DNA of 63,777 nt, counting the filler, from Hausera hauseri (lineage: Eukaryota), in the NCBI GenBank assembly GCA_046269625.1. It is 11 parts of 11 records of this genome, joined end to end, with 100 filler letters (N's around TTAATTAATTAA, not from the genome) between each part and the next. Parts side by side here need not be neighbours in the genome. Positions count along the whole stretch, not along the records: positions 45,034 to 49,080 come from JBJURY010795090.1; positions 49,181 to 55,015 come from JBJURY010181417.1; positions 55,116 to 59,550 come from JBJURY010583000.1; positions 59,651 to 63,777 come from JBJURY010744987.1; 7 more parts are not named here. The stretch is one strand, 5' to 3'. The notes under the pieces are model-generated. The model was not told the DNA's origin. It searched no databases and saw only the letters and a list, made by a program, of their open reading frames with translations. Both the position numbers and the translations under genes were made by a program. Numbering within the stretch: the first letter of the stretch is position 1; every line of letters starts with the position of its first letter. This document shows positions 48,440-61,779 of this stretch, piece after piece.

Positions 48440-49080
48440 CAAGTAGACCACTTAGGAACAGTTACCATAGATTGCAGAACAATAACCAACTTTCGTTTTG
48501 CTAATGACATTTCAGGCCTAGCTGGAAATGAAGAAGAACTTAAAGGACTGATTACAAACCTTGACCAAACATCAAAAGCATATGGAATGAAAAAAATGCT
48601 GAAAAAGCTGACCTTATGACCATCAACAACCAAGTAACAAACAATAACATTGAAATACAAGGAGAAAGTCTTGAGACAGTCACGAAATTCAAGTACTTGG
48701 GAACAATTATCACAAATGAAGGATCAAAAACAGAGATAACATCTAGAATCGCACAGGCAGCAGCAGCAATTACAAGACTGAAAATCATCTGGAAAGATGC
48801 GAAAATTTCATTCAGATTAAAAATCAGACTGATGAGCTCACTGATAATATCCATATTACTGTATGCACGTGAAACGTGGACACTAACAGCAGAGATAAAA
48901 TCCATACCGTAAAGATAAGATTCTGTCGAGTAACTCTACAAATATCATACCAAGATCACATCACAAATGATGAAATACAACAACGAATAAACAAATCAAT
49001 TGGTCCAAATAAAGATCTTCTTGCATTTGTGAAAGAACAGAAGCCGAAATGGTATGGCCACGTCACAAGATCAAACGGTC
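48440..49080 (+). mobile_element. Non-LTR retrotransposon (RTE-like LINE) RT C-terminal fragment
   Basis: NFRFAND (decayed RFADD), LETVTKFKYLGTII, ILLYARETWT, KWYGHVTR. Confidence 0.88.
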
Positions 49081-49189
49081 NNNNNNNNNNNNNNNNNNNN
49101 NNNNNNNNNNNNNNNNNNNNNNNNTTAATTAATTAANNNNNNNNNNNNNNNNNNNNNNNNNNNNNNNNNNNNNNNNNNNNTGGTTATTT

Positions 49190-50460
49190 CTCTCACAGGT
49201 TTCAAATTCAAAAAGGTCAGTTTGGGATTCTGATCAATTTTTTAATTTTTTTAATTCAGATTTTTGGTAATTTAGAGATCCTAACATATGGCTGTAGCCA
49301 TGGAGATTGACGAAACTGAATTGTGATGTGGAAATTTACTACTTTCAATCCATGTTGCATAGATTGTTGATGGAATCCGTAATAGATCACATTTCTTCGT
49401 CAATTTCGAAGATGATGTATCAGTTTCTTATATTTACTGCATGGAACATTAATTGTTTCCAGGTAAAAAATTTAGTTCATAATGATGCCCGTGTAAGATC
49501 TCAGGATATTCGATATATATTCAATATATACTAATTCTGAGTATATAAATATCGTCATCATTCCGTTCGGTTCACTTGAAGTCTGCATACGGTAAGTAAT
49601 GCGGCATGGTCCAACCTTACACATTGTTGGCGTCCAAGTACGATATGTATATCGATTCCCGGCTTTCATTGCACATTATATTCATGTATTTATTGTTAGC
49701 TTCAATATATCGGTGCGCAACCTGACATAATTCTCCTCTAATCCTTTGCTCCAGCGAGAGAATCATGTCGTAATCTTTGACAATTTCCGGCCTGACTTTC
49801 ATCTTTTCAACATTGCACTCCACGTGAGTTCTGGTGCTGTAAAGTAGTGAGCCGAATGTACATTATGTGATGCTACCGTTACATCACGTAACTTTTCAAA
49901 TACGTCAGTCAGTAATAAAACATCTGCATACAAGTAAAGTTCGCTATACTGACCTATTAACTGCCATTCTAACGCATATGAGACTGCGTGCGCATACTGA
50001 TAATCTCCATCTGTTATATTTGATTGATATAGAGTGCTGTAAAAATATTCCTTTGTTGACAGCGATATTTTATTGAGTTTATCTTAGTCAGTAATATACT
50101 CGTATAGAAATACACATTTTCTTCTAACCAAACTAAACAACTATTCATTGGCAGTGTTTCATTGTTTCCTTAAAAGCATCATCGGGCATATTCCTTGTCA
50201 GCTCATCCAGGCTGCTGCTCAAAAATTTAAAACTATCTATGAACCTCAGCTCAATACTTCCGACATGTTTTATAAACGCAATGTACCGTCGACGGGTATT
50301 CGACCCTGTGATTCACTTAATTCCCCAATGAAAAAGTGTGAATAGTAACCCGACAAATTCTTAAATACTACTGGAATGAACCGAATGCGCCTACATCTCA
50401 AGTTGCAATTTGTACAGGTTCACCGAGGTATTTTCCTGAAAAATGGCAATGGTGATTGAC
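49190..50460 (-). pseudogene. polB: pPolB copy D, highly decayed internal fragment
   Basis: HCHFSGKYLG, YFTAP, DYDMILSLEQRIRG..HRYIEANNKYM, ISYLDANN, QFRQSPWLQPY. Confidence 0.85.
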
Positions 50461-50461
50461 T

Positions 50462-51215
50462 ATGGAACAAATATTTCTAACCACTACCGATTATATTTTC
50501 AAAAAGAAATATACCTTATCAGCATAAGATATTAACGAAATGGACGTGTTTGATAATTGGCATATTGCAATTAAAAATCAGTTTATGGGATGTTATTTCA
50601 ATTTTGAAAGGTGATTCTGAGATGATTATGAAGTTTTCTATGGTAAATGTTGGTCAAAATCATTATCAAAATGCTATTATTAAAATTTTACAGTTGTTTA
50701 CAATTACTATTAATGGTATCTGGTAATAATTATTATAATCAATACAAAAGTCTAATAAGAAAACTTTCTTTAAATTTGAAAAGGGTTAGTTTTTTATTAT
50801 GGCTTCAAATTGAACAATGCTAGATTTACTTACTGAAAAGAGAAATTTGCTCAAAGGGTTAATTGACACTCCAAATTACCTGGCATTTCGGTTTTGTATG
50901 GATGATAAGGTTAAAAAATTGTTACACCATGGAGCTAAGTTAAAAGAGGTTGATAAGAATTTCGTAAACAGATGTGTACAAGGAGAAGTGTTAGATTCAT
51001 TCCTGAACATATTAAGTAAATCTTATCTGGCCTATATAAATAACTACCGTAAATTAGATAGAAACGGATACGATATGTTATCAAGATCACCTGATGAAAA
51101 ATCTAGGGCGATTAAAGTGTTGAAGGTCATACGTGTTAAGGTTTCTACCGATTATGGTAACGATCTAAAACAACGACGACAGAATTTATTAAAAAAGATT
51201 CGTCGACAAAAGTAG
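50462..51215 (+). pseudogene. Degenerate ankyrin-repeat-like gene, truncated at an AGTAG end
   Basis: DINEMDVFDNWHIAIKNQFM..VISIL and TPNYLAFRFCMDDKVKKLLHHGAK resemble the ankyrin consensus; the terminal TAG lies inside AGTAGG at 51211. Confidence 0.45.
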
Positions 51216-51645
51216 GGGAAATTGTACCTTCTCTCTCACCCCCGAGTGGGGTAATCGATAAATCGATAGTACACATGTGCTAATCGATAGTGCACTCGGT
51301 GTACTGTAAATCGGAACACTGTAGGTGCACCGTAAAGGCACAGTTGCCATGGCACTTTTACACTGCACATATTGATCGTTGCACAGTGCAGTATTGATCG
51401 AAGTGATTGGGGTAAAGTGCTAATCGGTAGTGCACATCACTGAACATCGATTTTTTGCAGAGTGCAGTGAAGGTGTACATGTGCAAATGGGTGCAAATCA
51501 ATAATATCGGTTTTCCAATAATTCCAATATAGATGATTAGCACATGGCACCGGGTGCAATCGATTAGAAAAACGGTGCACTATGCACTATACAAGTGTGC
51601 AATTAGAATTTAAATCGATCGAATGGTTTTCGAATAATATCGATT
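51211..51645 (+). repeat. Putative element end (AGTAGGGG...) with ATCGAT/GTGCAC-rich repeats
   Basis: Similar to 40475-40560 (AGTAGGGG..CCCC..GGG.TAATCGATAAA..CACATGT..AATCGATAGT); many ATCGAT and TGCAC motifs follow. Confidence 0.65.
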
Positions 51646-53989
51646 CGAAGGTGTAGGTGGTAGAGAAGGTTTGTTCATTATACCATACCTCATAGTCATA
51701 CAGGCGACATTTCAATCCCAATGTAACTTCCTTAACAACTGAGAATGTATGGTCTCGTCTTCGCGGATAAAATTGACCTGACAGCATTATCACCCTTATT
51801 TACATTTCATTATATTAGTACTCTCGATTAATCTTCAGGGACAAAAATAGCCTTACTCCCTGTTAATTCGAAGCTACGAAATTTCAACTAAGACTCGTTG
51901 GTGGAGGAGATTTGAACAAGTGCAAAGTGCCGTTACATTTAAAGGTTTCAAATGCGTTATTTTGGCTCTCTTGACAATACGTTTTTTCATATTATTAATC
52001 GGCATTATATTTTTCACATCTCTCAATATTTCTTATAAAAATAAAAATTTACAGTAAAGTTCGTTTTCTTGTTTGCAGTATAGTTCAAGAAGGAAATTAT
52101 TAGGCCATTGACTGTCTAGCAGCACTGTATATGACAATAGATCAAAGTTGTTGTGGAATGAGTGATAAAATGTTGCTCTTCTTTCAGTAAAACTCGCCAC
52201 TTGATTGAGCAAAGATCCCTGTGGCAATTTGTATGGAAATACCACTGCTTCATGGCTTCAGGTAATATAATACTTATAGAGGCCTTAGTCTGGAACAGAG
52301 TATCAGTTGTCAAACGGTTTTCGTGCCGAAATTGAATACTTTCGCTTATTACTATCGGTCGTATATAGTTTGTCCTCATAAAAAAAGGTTAACTTACCCA
52401 TTTTATGATAGAACCTCCAAAAAAATACTTACCTTTATTAACATCACTGATTTACATAAAACGGTTAATTTACACATTACCGACTCTATAAGTAGGTAAG
52501 GTCTATATCAACCTCTTAGATATAATATCCCGTCCCGAATATACAAGTAAAGGCACGTAAATTGTTCGCCCCATTAATTATATTATATTGAAGTCTCTCC
52601 CAACGTGATTAGTGAGGATTGAACAGTACGAATGTTACAGATTTGCCAACATTGACACAGTTTAAAGTTGCATTGTTACCAAATGGGTCTTTGATAATTT
52701 TGATGTGAACTGAAAATCAAACATTTTGAATTTTTGAAAACATTTATGTGTATTCCATTGATATGTTATTGTGAAATGATACTTTGTTAACAGATTCAGT
52801 AAATTAGCAAGTTGAATCGTAGGAATGGGTATCGATAATACATAAGAGTTTGAACGATTAGTACAAATTCGTAAGTAATGAAATTTGTTTCAATTACTAT
52901 ATAGTACTTTATCCATGTGGCTAAAATAACAATGTAGTTCTACAGATTTTATGCTGATTAACAATATAAAAAACATTTTGTACACAAATCTAAGATTATG
53001 TAACATAAGCTTCTACATGTTACGTCATTTCGCTTATTCAATTTCCACCTTATGTGCAGAGGAATTTTGAAATTTCATAAAATTTTCTTTTCTTTTTCTC
53101 CTTTTTTTTCAACCAATATTTTACTAAGGTTGGATTTCTAGTTTGTCGTGTATGTTATGACAAAATACAATGTGTTCGTCTAATTATCAGTTACATCACT
53201 AATATTTCCTCCTTCTATATAAATATTAACTTTACAAATGAACAATGACATATTATGAGCCAAATGCTTGACCGATATTTACTACGTCTAAACACCATCA
53301 TTTAAATATTAATGGTCTGAAAAGGACAAAAATGTTGTTTATTAATAAACTTATTCTGCATGTTAGGGGGAAAATTGAAGAAGTGAGAAATAACGTAACA
53401 TTTAAAAGCCTACATTGCACAATCTCAGCTCTGTTTGCATTTTTTTGGTACAAATAATCATCACAGAATTTTGTAACTGTCAACTTCTAAAATCCTGACT
53501 AGTATAAAGTGCTGTTCGACGTAGACAATGTCAAGAATTTGAACAATGTAACAATGTGTTTTTATTTTTAGTTTGGTTAATTATCCATCAAGAATCACTT
53601 TCCTTAAAGAATATTAAAATTAGACTATCATATATGACAATAAAGTTGATCAAACATATTTAAATACTCTCAATCTTTTGTGTTTACCCATTTCTGTATA
53701 AGAAGTACATGTTCAGATCCATTAAGTCAAGATTGGAGTCATTACATTTTTCTTACTGACAGAATTGACCAAAATTCAGTCGTTGATAGATACTGTTCGA
53801 TGACAAAAAAATATTTGAGAAAAAATGTCATCAGATCCAAAACCACCTGTTGAAAATACGTCATATAAACGATTATAAGAACATTTTTAATTAACTCGAA
53901 TAATTATCATTATTTGTATAGAAAATGTCGGATAAATTTCTGTGTATTATTAACTAATTTATTAATGCTTCATGAAAATGAATGTAACA

Positions 53990-54560
53990 AACATACAAAT
54001 GTACAAAGGACCACCTAGGTGATTTCTCCATGTTCGCCATGATTTTGATTAACACTGTATCTGACTAAATTATTTACTACTGTCCTTCTGTGGTATGGTG
54101 CCACATCATCTTGTAGTCACCAGTCGTTACTATTCCCAAAACAATTTACTGCAACTGCTGCAATCTCTCATTATTCCAAAACATTACGTAAGTTGGATAC
54201 TTGACCGATCCAATTGAAAATCGAAAGGACTCACTTTTTTCTTTCATCCACATCTTGTGTCTCACACTGTCACTAACAATGGAAACCCTGCATTCGTCTG
54301 TAAAAATCACATTTCACCGGAAGTTCATAGACAATTTGGACCATTTCCTTGTAAAAGTCAAACGCATTTGCTTGTGTCGTTTTGTCAGAAGCGGCTTAAC
54401 CATTTTGAAATGTGATGAGAATGAAGCTTTTTAAAGGTAATTTTCAATAGTTTCCGCTGTAACTTCCTTTGAAAATATTTCAGTTACATTTTTTTTCAAT
54501 TGAACAACTGTAATCAATGGATTACATCGGAGATGCAATATCAATGAACACCAACTGGTA
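53990..54560 (-). mobile_element. Decayed Tc1-family transposase fragment
   Basis: Hand translation: KPLLTKRHKQMRLTFTRKW..NVIFTDECRV and LQDDVAPYH. Confidence 0.75.
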
Positions 54561-55734
54561 CATTCAAAATTTTACATGTCTATCTAAATCTAAAAATAAT
54601 ACCGAAAATAGTACAAACTTATGTAATAAAATATAGTTATGCATAAAGTATTACATAATTCCATCTAGGTGTTATTATTACTAATCATTGAAATCTGTAA
54701 ATATAGTATAATTTCCTGACAATATCATTTTACAACAAATCACACACACACATTAATTTTCCATAGGATGCATGCCCATTGACAATTGTTATTTGTTTGT
54801 GACTTTAATTGTTAATATATATATAGATTATCAATTAAAACTAAATAGAATTTAATTAAAAAAAACAATTATTATTTTAACAACAGGACCATTCTACTTC
54901 AAGTGGACAATATCGATGAAATGTTATAAGATTTTATTCATATCTTTTTATTAACTCAATACGATGGTATCATATACATATAATATGAATTGCTATCACA
55001 AGTATCTACAAGAATNNNNNNNNNNNNNNNNNNNNNNNNNNNNNNNNNNNNNNNNNNNNTTAATTAATTAANNNNNNNNNNNNNNNNNNNNNNNNNNNNN
55101 NNNNNNNNNNNNNNNCTGTCATCCTAATACGCAAATGATTATTCGAAATTTAATTTCATTATCGACATCGCTGTTTATTTGAGATTATTAATGTACTCAA
55201 TTGACATTGTTATTAACAAGAGAACGAACATTGTGGAGACCAATTTCCAAGTGTGAAAATATTCATGTACGTATTTCTACAATCAGAAAATGCTGAGGAT
55301 GAAAGTCTGAAAAATGGACAATGTTTCTTGAGTTTCGGCAGATTTCTCAACGGATGATAAAACAACGATCGTCCGCTCCATACTAATTCAAATATCGACT
55401 TGGTAACATACTGCAAAACACGGTAAATTTAAAAACCCCATCACAAATGATATTAAACTTTAACAGACACTGTACTATATAGAATATTAAGCTATTACTA
55501 AAATTTGTATATATAGAAATTTCAAAAAGCCCACACAGAAATTCATTTACTAAAATAGAAATTTGGTACACAATTTCGTGAACCGACTATGTTACTATCC
55601 AAAACTAAATTTACAAAATTGCAGAAATTGTGCACAGTAATCCATATTGTAAAATCGAAATTTTGTGCACCATTTCAGAAGACAACAAAAGACAAAAACA
55701 ACATAGTAAAATTGTATTTCAACAAACAACAGTC

Positions 55735-58700
55735 TCATTCCGGTTTGGAAATATCCGTTTGCTCTTTGTCCTCCTTTGCCGAACTATTGTCATTAACTCC
55801 ACTCGTGTCCATAGGTTCTGTGTCCATTTTGTCATCTTCAAACAAAAATGGTTCCGGTGCATCCGGTTCTGCCAATCCGTCATCATCATCATCATCACGA
55901 TGCATCGATGGTTTGACAGTTTCTACAACGTCAGTTGGTTTATTCGGCTGACTGTCACGAACGAGAATAATGCCGCCAATCTCAATTCCTTTGATTGGTT
56001 GATATCGTCGTTCAGATTCCTGTGTCGGTAATTCCAGTACACGCAATTGTGATGGAATTGCTCGTGCTGGATTGTTGAGAATTGTATGATCGGATTCTGG
56101 CGCATCGGTGACTTTCCCCTCCTTTGTCGTCGTCGGCGCTGGGGCAGGCGTATCGACTGCCATCGGTTCCGGTTTTTGTTTCCCTTTCTCCGTTTCCTTC
56201 TTTTTCTGTTGTTTAGCGGTAACACTCAGAATTGCCGTTTCGACTTTCTCCTTCTTCTTCTCCTTCTCCACCGTGATCGGTTCCGGATACGCAAACACCG
56301 ATGGACGGGCCTTGGACTTGATTTCGATTTTGGGCATTTTCAATTCCTTATTGAGTAAAATGACGCAAGTCGGTGTGAATGCCAAACTGACAAAGTTACA
56401 CAGCGGGTACCAGAACCAATAATTCTGGAACACGAGCAGTCCGACAGCCGCTGTCATGTTGGCATTGCCCGTCCGTGTCTGTAATGAGATGGTCACGTTA
56501 CGTCCGCCGGCATCCAGAATGCCCATTGCCAAAATGGCACCGAATTTCGCCATCAAATCCTCATGGCGATCGGCGATCGTCTTGAACAGTTTCTCACGGA
56601 AATCGACTGTTTTCGGATACGTGACTTTATTCTGCTGCATCAACAACATTGCCATGGCAATGTAGGCACCTTGTCGTACGAATGCCACAGAATCCTCCAG
56701 TAATGTCTCCACTAATGAAATGGCCTCCTTCAACGCTGTACCGGCACAACCAATGCCGCATGCCATTGCTGCACCGTATCGCACATGTGGATTGTATGAT
56801 TCACTCAATAACGATACTAAACACGGCACTTGTTCAGGATTCTTGAATAGAATGAATCCCAATGCGGTAACGGCCCATCGCCGTACGTCATCATTCGTAT
56901 CACTGACTGCTGCATGCAGCAATTTCCGGATGGCCTTGTTATCGCCTGTGCCGCAGTACGCCATGCCAATTGTCGCCATGCCGGCCCATCTCAGAATCGG
57001 GAATTTCTCTGCAACCAACGTCTCAATTGTACTGTCGGCCTCTTCCTGTCTGCCGTACATCGTTAATGCCATCCCCAATGCCAATCCACGGACTATTTTC
57101 TCATGGGCAGTTTCCTTAGCATAACTCAGCATATCATTGGTCGTCTCATTCGATCCACTACCCAACATTACGAGTCCCATACCAATTCCCGCTGCCTCAC
57201 CCGTCACGGCATCATCCTGATACAAATTCGATTTCATTTGTTCATAAACATCAGCACGTTCCGTCCCCATCGCCGCCAGACCCAATCCGAGACATCCGCC
57301 GTGCCGCACCGGTTCCGCATTGGCATCACGCAACTGTTTCAGTAGATAATCCGTCATTTCACTACCGCCGTGATTTGCATGCATCAGACCCAATGCGTAC
57401 AGTCCGCCACCCTCTGTGTACATGCTGCTCGACGTTCCTGTTGACGTCTCCTTCGGCAGATACGATGACATCAATTTCAATGCTTCTTTCTCGTGTCCTT
57501 TGTGAATGACACCGAGTGTCGATGTGGCCGTGAATTTCGCCCAATTCACCGCACGACCGAGCCAGTCGAGATTGGACCGTAGAAACTGATCACAGGTCGT
57601 ACCGAAATGCATCAATCCGTTGGCAATGACGGTAGCGTTGTGCGTTACCGAATGACGAACGTCAACTTTGATTTTGTCCAGAATTTTCAAATCGGTGTTG
57701 TTATTTCGAATGAGAAATTGTAAATGGTATTCGATGACTTTCTCCCCCGATAGAATACAATTCAAATTATCAAATCGCGATTTAACTGCTTTATCTTCTT
57801 TCGACAAATCGCTTTCTTTCACTTCATCTTCAACAACTACGGCTGCTGTTTCTTCTTTATTCTCCATATCTTCATCTTGGTCTTTCTTTTCAACCGCTTT
57901 TCCGAACAGTCTGACGTAGAGTTTTGATTGTTGTAACGCACCACGAACTTTAAACATGAATTGTTGTGTGGCGTTTTCATACATATCAAATGCCAATTGA
58001 TATGCCATTACCGATGTATCGTCTGATTGAGCAATCAATTTCTCCAACATATCTGCGGTATTTGTGGAATCGTCGAGAAAAATCAAACATTGACACATGC
58101 TGATATAATCCGGACTGGGTAACATCATGTACAATCGAACGAGTTTTGTTAAGACTTGATTGCGAAATCCGCTGTTGTCAATCAACGTCAGAGCAACTTT
58201 AAATGCATATTGGAGCATTTCATGTTTATCTGGTGCTGTCTGAAAACCTCGTTCGAATATATCCAAACGGTGGCTCTCCAGAGCGATTCCCAAAGCTTGT
58301 TTCTGTTGATGATGTTCGAAGCACTTATCAAACATTCGATTCACCACCTGTTCCAATCGAATAAAATTTGCAATGCTATCGGATGAATCGTTATTACTGA
58401 CATAGCTTTTTTGTTTTATTGAGATATACTCATCGATACATTTGGCATTAATCGTTTCCACATATTCACTTTGTCCGGTAACATCAAATAATTCCTCGGC
58501 ACAAAGAGCATAATTGAGTGATTCTCGAAATTCCGATAAATGATAATAGACTCGAGACGCCAACAGTGCTGCTAATTTATTATGTTTGAATGTATTGTCC
58601 TCATACAACGTTTCAATTTTAGCTATTTCTTCTGCAATTTCCGGCCAAAATACGTCACAGTGTTCGTAGAGCTTTTTTAAAGCGAATCCCTAATTTGTTT

Positions 58701-58801
58701 AAAATTCATGACGAAATTCCAATAAACAGATTACTTACTCTAACTTCCGGAGCTTTATCATCCAAAAGAGATAAAATACCACTAGCTGATGTTAGAGACA
58801 T
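55735..58801 (-). CDS. PSMD1: 26S proteasome non-ATPase regulatory subunit 1 (RPN2/PSMD1); exon 1 58801-58739, intron 58738-58690, exon 2 58689-55735; about 1005 aa
   Basis: Spliced N-terminus [21 protein letters not shown]|GFALKKL..FWPEI; [19 protein letters not shown] repeats, [27 protein letters not shown]-terminal APEPF; GTAAGT..TTAG intron of 49 nt. Confidence 0.97.
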
Positions 58802-59650
58802 ATTTTAATAAACCAACGAAACCTTGAACAATATAATTAAATTTAAATTTGTATCCTAGTGGTTCTTCCTGATGGCCAAGTTCTCTGACAGTGTTTGTGT
58901 GCGTGTTTAACCCTCCTGGTTCTTCCGAAATATATCCAACTGCAACTCCTTGGCTGCCCCATGAGGTCACCTCAGGATTGTCGTTCCTTTCCTATACTTG
59001 TAACTCTGAGCTAAATTGTATTACTAATATTATAAGGACTAACTAAGGACTATATTATAAACGACTTCCGGTTTATGAATTCTCAACTTAAAAGAATGAA
59101 GAAGTCACATCATTTACAAACAATGTATACATACTGAGGTTTAGTACAAATGGGCTGGGTTTTTATGTTGTGTCAGTTGAAAAATTTAATTGTGAACCAA
59201 TATAACATCATAAATAATTGAACTTATAATGAATGATATCCTAACAATCTACTAACGTCATAACTAAAGCTTCTCCCCTTTAGTAGTAAGATAGTAAGTT
59301 ATCTAACAAGTTCTGCATTGTCTTTCACTCCCCTAAGTCAGAGCCTTGGCGCAAACTTTAATAAAATCACGGCTACTCTTCCCCTTTCTTGTCAATAAGT
59401 TCTCTCGACCAATCACTAAATCAATAACCAATCAATTATTAAGGAAACCAACTAATTATCTGAATCAACCAATGGAGATAAGTATTATGACTTCTCCCTA
59501 AAGTCCAATTGTAACTCCACTCAAACCTCGAGCTCGCAGCTTTATCTGCGNNNNNNNNNNNNNNNNNNNNNNNNNNNNNNNNNNNNNNNNNNNNTTAATT
59601 AATTAANNNNNNNNNNNNNNNNNNNNNNNNNNNNNNNNNNNNNNNNNNNN

Positions 59651-59754
59651 TGACAATCCAATAAAGAAAAAAGGCGTTGGACCCGTTCGATGACAAACGC
59701 CAGTGGATAACAAAGAACAAATGTCGCATATGGACATTATAGCATAAATGTGTG
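59651..59754 (+). pseudogene. polB: pPolB copy E, extreme C-terminus only
   Basis: KKALDPFDDKR..AYGHY, the typical pPolB C-terminal motif. Confidence 0.75.
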
Positions 59755-59959
59755 ATTATTTTTGTTGTATATATTTCATGCCAGTAAATATTTAATTTTT
59801 CATTGTGTTTCTTTTATCAATAAAGTTTTTTAATCATCGTAAATACTGTTTTGGTATTGTGTATATTTTTTACACACAATCATGAATCTCTTTGCATTCA
59901 AACATTTTTGGGTGATCTTTGGTTTAACTAATAACTGTTGACTAGGGGTACACAACAAA

Positions 59960-60589
59960 ATGAAAAAATATTCGAAAAATCGAGTTTTAATGAAAAATTG
60001 GAAATCGATAATTTTGATTTTATTCGATAGAGGACATTTTCCTGATTCCGACAAACTTGATCGCACGTCAATACGACATATGGTGCTGAGATATAGCCTT
60101 TCGAATATTTTATTAACTGCAAATCGATTTTTACCTACAGTGAAAATAAATAATTTTAATTGTACTCGATAGAGAATTTTTTCTGCATCTGACCCACTTT
60201 ATCCCATGTCAATACGATGTTTGGTTGCGGAGATATTTTATTTTGAAAATTTTTATTCTGTTCATAAGGTCGTACAGACTTGCGACCCACACCATTCGAT
60301 AGAGCTCGAAAAACTGAACATTTTGCCCTTCCAACCAAAATTAATAGAAAACTCGGTAAAAAAATATTCGAGTTCGAAAATTTTTTTTTCGAAAATTCTT
60401 TTCGAATAATACCATCGTGTACAGAATTCAAAAGTACACATTTTTCATTATTTCGAAAATTTTCGAAATTTGCACTGAATAGTGCCGCACATTTTCGAAG
60501 TTCTAAAATCAATATTGCACTTTGAAAATTTAAAAATGTAAAAAATTGATTATAGGGGGTTTGGGGCAGTGCGCTCCCTTCTATCTACT
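59960..60589 (-). repeat. TTCGAA-rich subterminal region ending at a putative AGTAG element end
   Basis: Reverse complement from 60589 reads AGTAGATAGAAGGGAG..CCCCAAACCCCCTATAATCAATTTT, loosely similar to the ends at 40475 and 51211. Confidence 0.45.
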
Positions 60590-61779
60590 TCCGTACTTAT
60601 AATACAATTTACAATGTTTTGTTTCATAAACTTTTGTGTATACTGTTGAGTTTTATAGTTGTGCCTATAGCATTTATTAGCGTACTCGAGCAAAATTGTA
60701 ACCAGGTTTTCCGGGAAATTTAGCCTACCCTCAAGAAAAGCCTTCAATCTCCCGGAATCATAACAAAATCTTCAGCAGGCGGATTTACACTTTATCCTAT
60801 CGACGCTACAAAACCGCATATAGTAAAATAAGACTGTACTGATAAAATTTGGTAAATTGAATCACGGGTGAATATTAATTAAATGTTGAAAATCGAAAAA
60901 GAATTTATTATACCCACAGAGCATAAAATCAAAATCAAAATGGCATTTACAGAAATTTACAAATTCAATTATGCGTCTATAAAAGTCGTCAATATTGTTT
61001 TTTATTATTTTCAATTAGCCGTGCAATTTGGTTATATAGTGTAGCATTTGCATAATTTGTGTCTGATATAATTTGATGATTACGATAATTGAAACTTTGG
61101 GATACAATAAGGTGGTAGAAAACCGTCTGATATTTGTTATTTACAAATATTGAAACATTTAAGACAGGTTTTTTTGGCAAAATAATTATACAACAAATTC
61201 TCTGCTCTAATCCGTTATTCGTTTATTTATATTTTAATTTTCTACTCGTGGGTACTGTGTTTACTGGCAATCGTGTTTTCAAAAATGAAGTTTTCTGACT
61301 CAAATAATTTAGTATTCATTGGTTTCTTGATATAATGAAGCATATTATTTGCTGTCGTAAATATTCGCTTCTCCGAACTGCTTTTCAATGAAAAATGAAC
61401 TGATTTCTCTGTCATATGCAATATTATATTGAATTTGGTGATCATGGTTTATACGCTGAACCGAAAATCGCTGGCGATAATGAATGTGATAAGAGTTTAA
61501 ATAATCTGTTATGAAAAGGCGTTTGATTGTAATTATTTGAGGGCCTGATGTACAAATTTCCATTTGACGTTAGAGTTATTTATTGTCCTTTTCTTTATAT
61601 TTAGGGTCATTTTCGTTTGTCTGTAGTCTGTTCTTTGAGATTTCACGGATTGATTGCCAACAAAATAAGGAGTGGCAAGCAGAGACTGAGGCCAAAGACA
61701 GAGCCCTAAACGGTACCAAGCTGTTGAGCCGGTTGCCAAAGTAGCGGAGGAATTCGCAACCGTGACACAACACAGTTAA

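Noticed and set aside
55589-58386. Plus-strand ORFs overlapping PSMD1, and similar antisense ORFs over env, pol and pPolB
   Set aside because: Shadow ORFs of real coding strands with no independent motifs.
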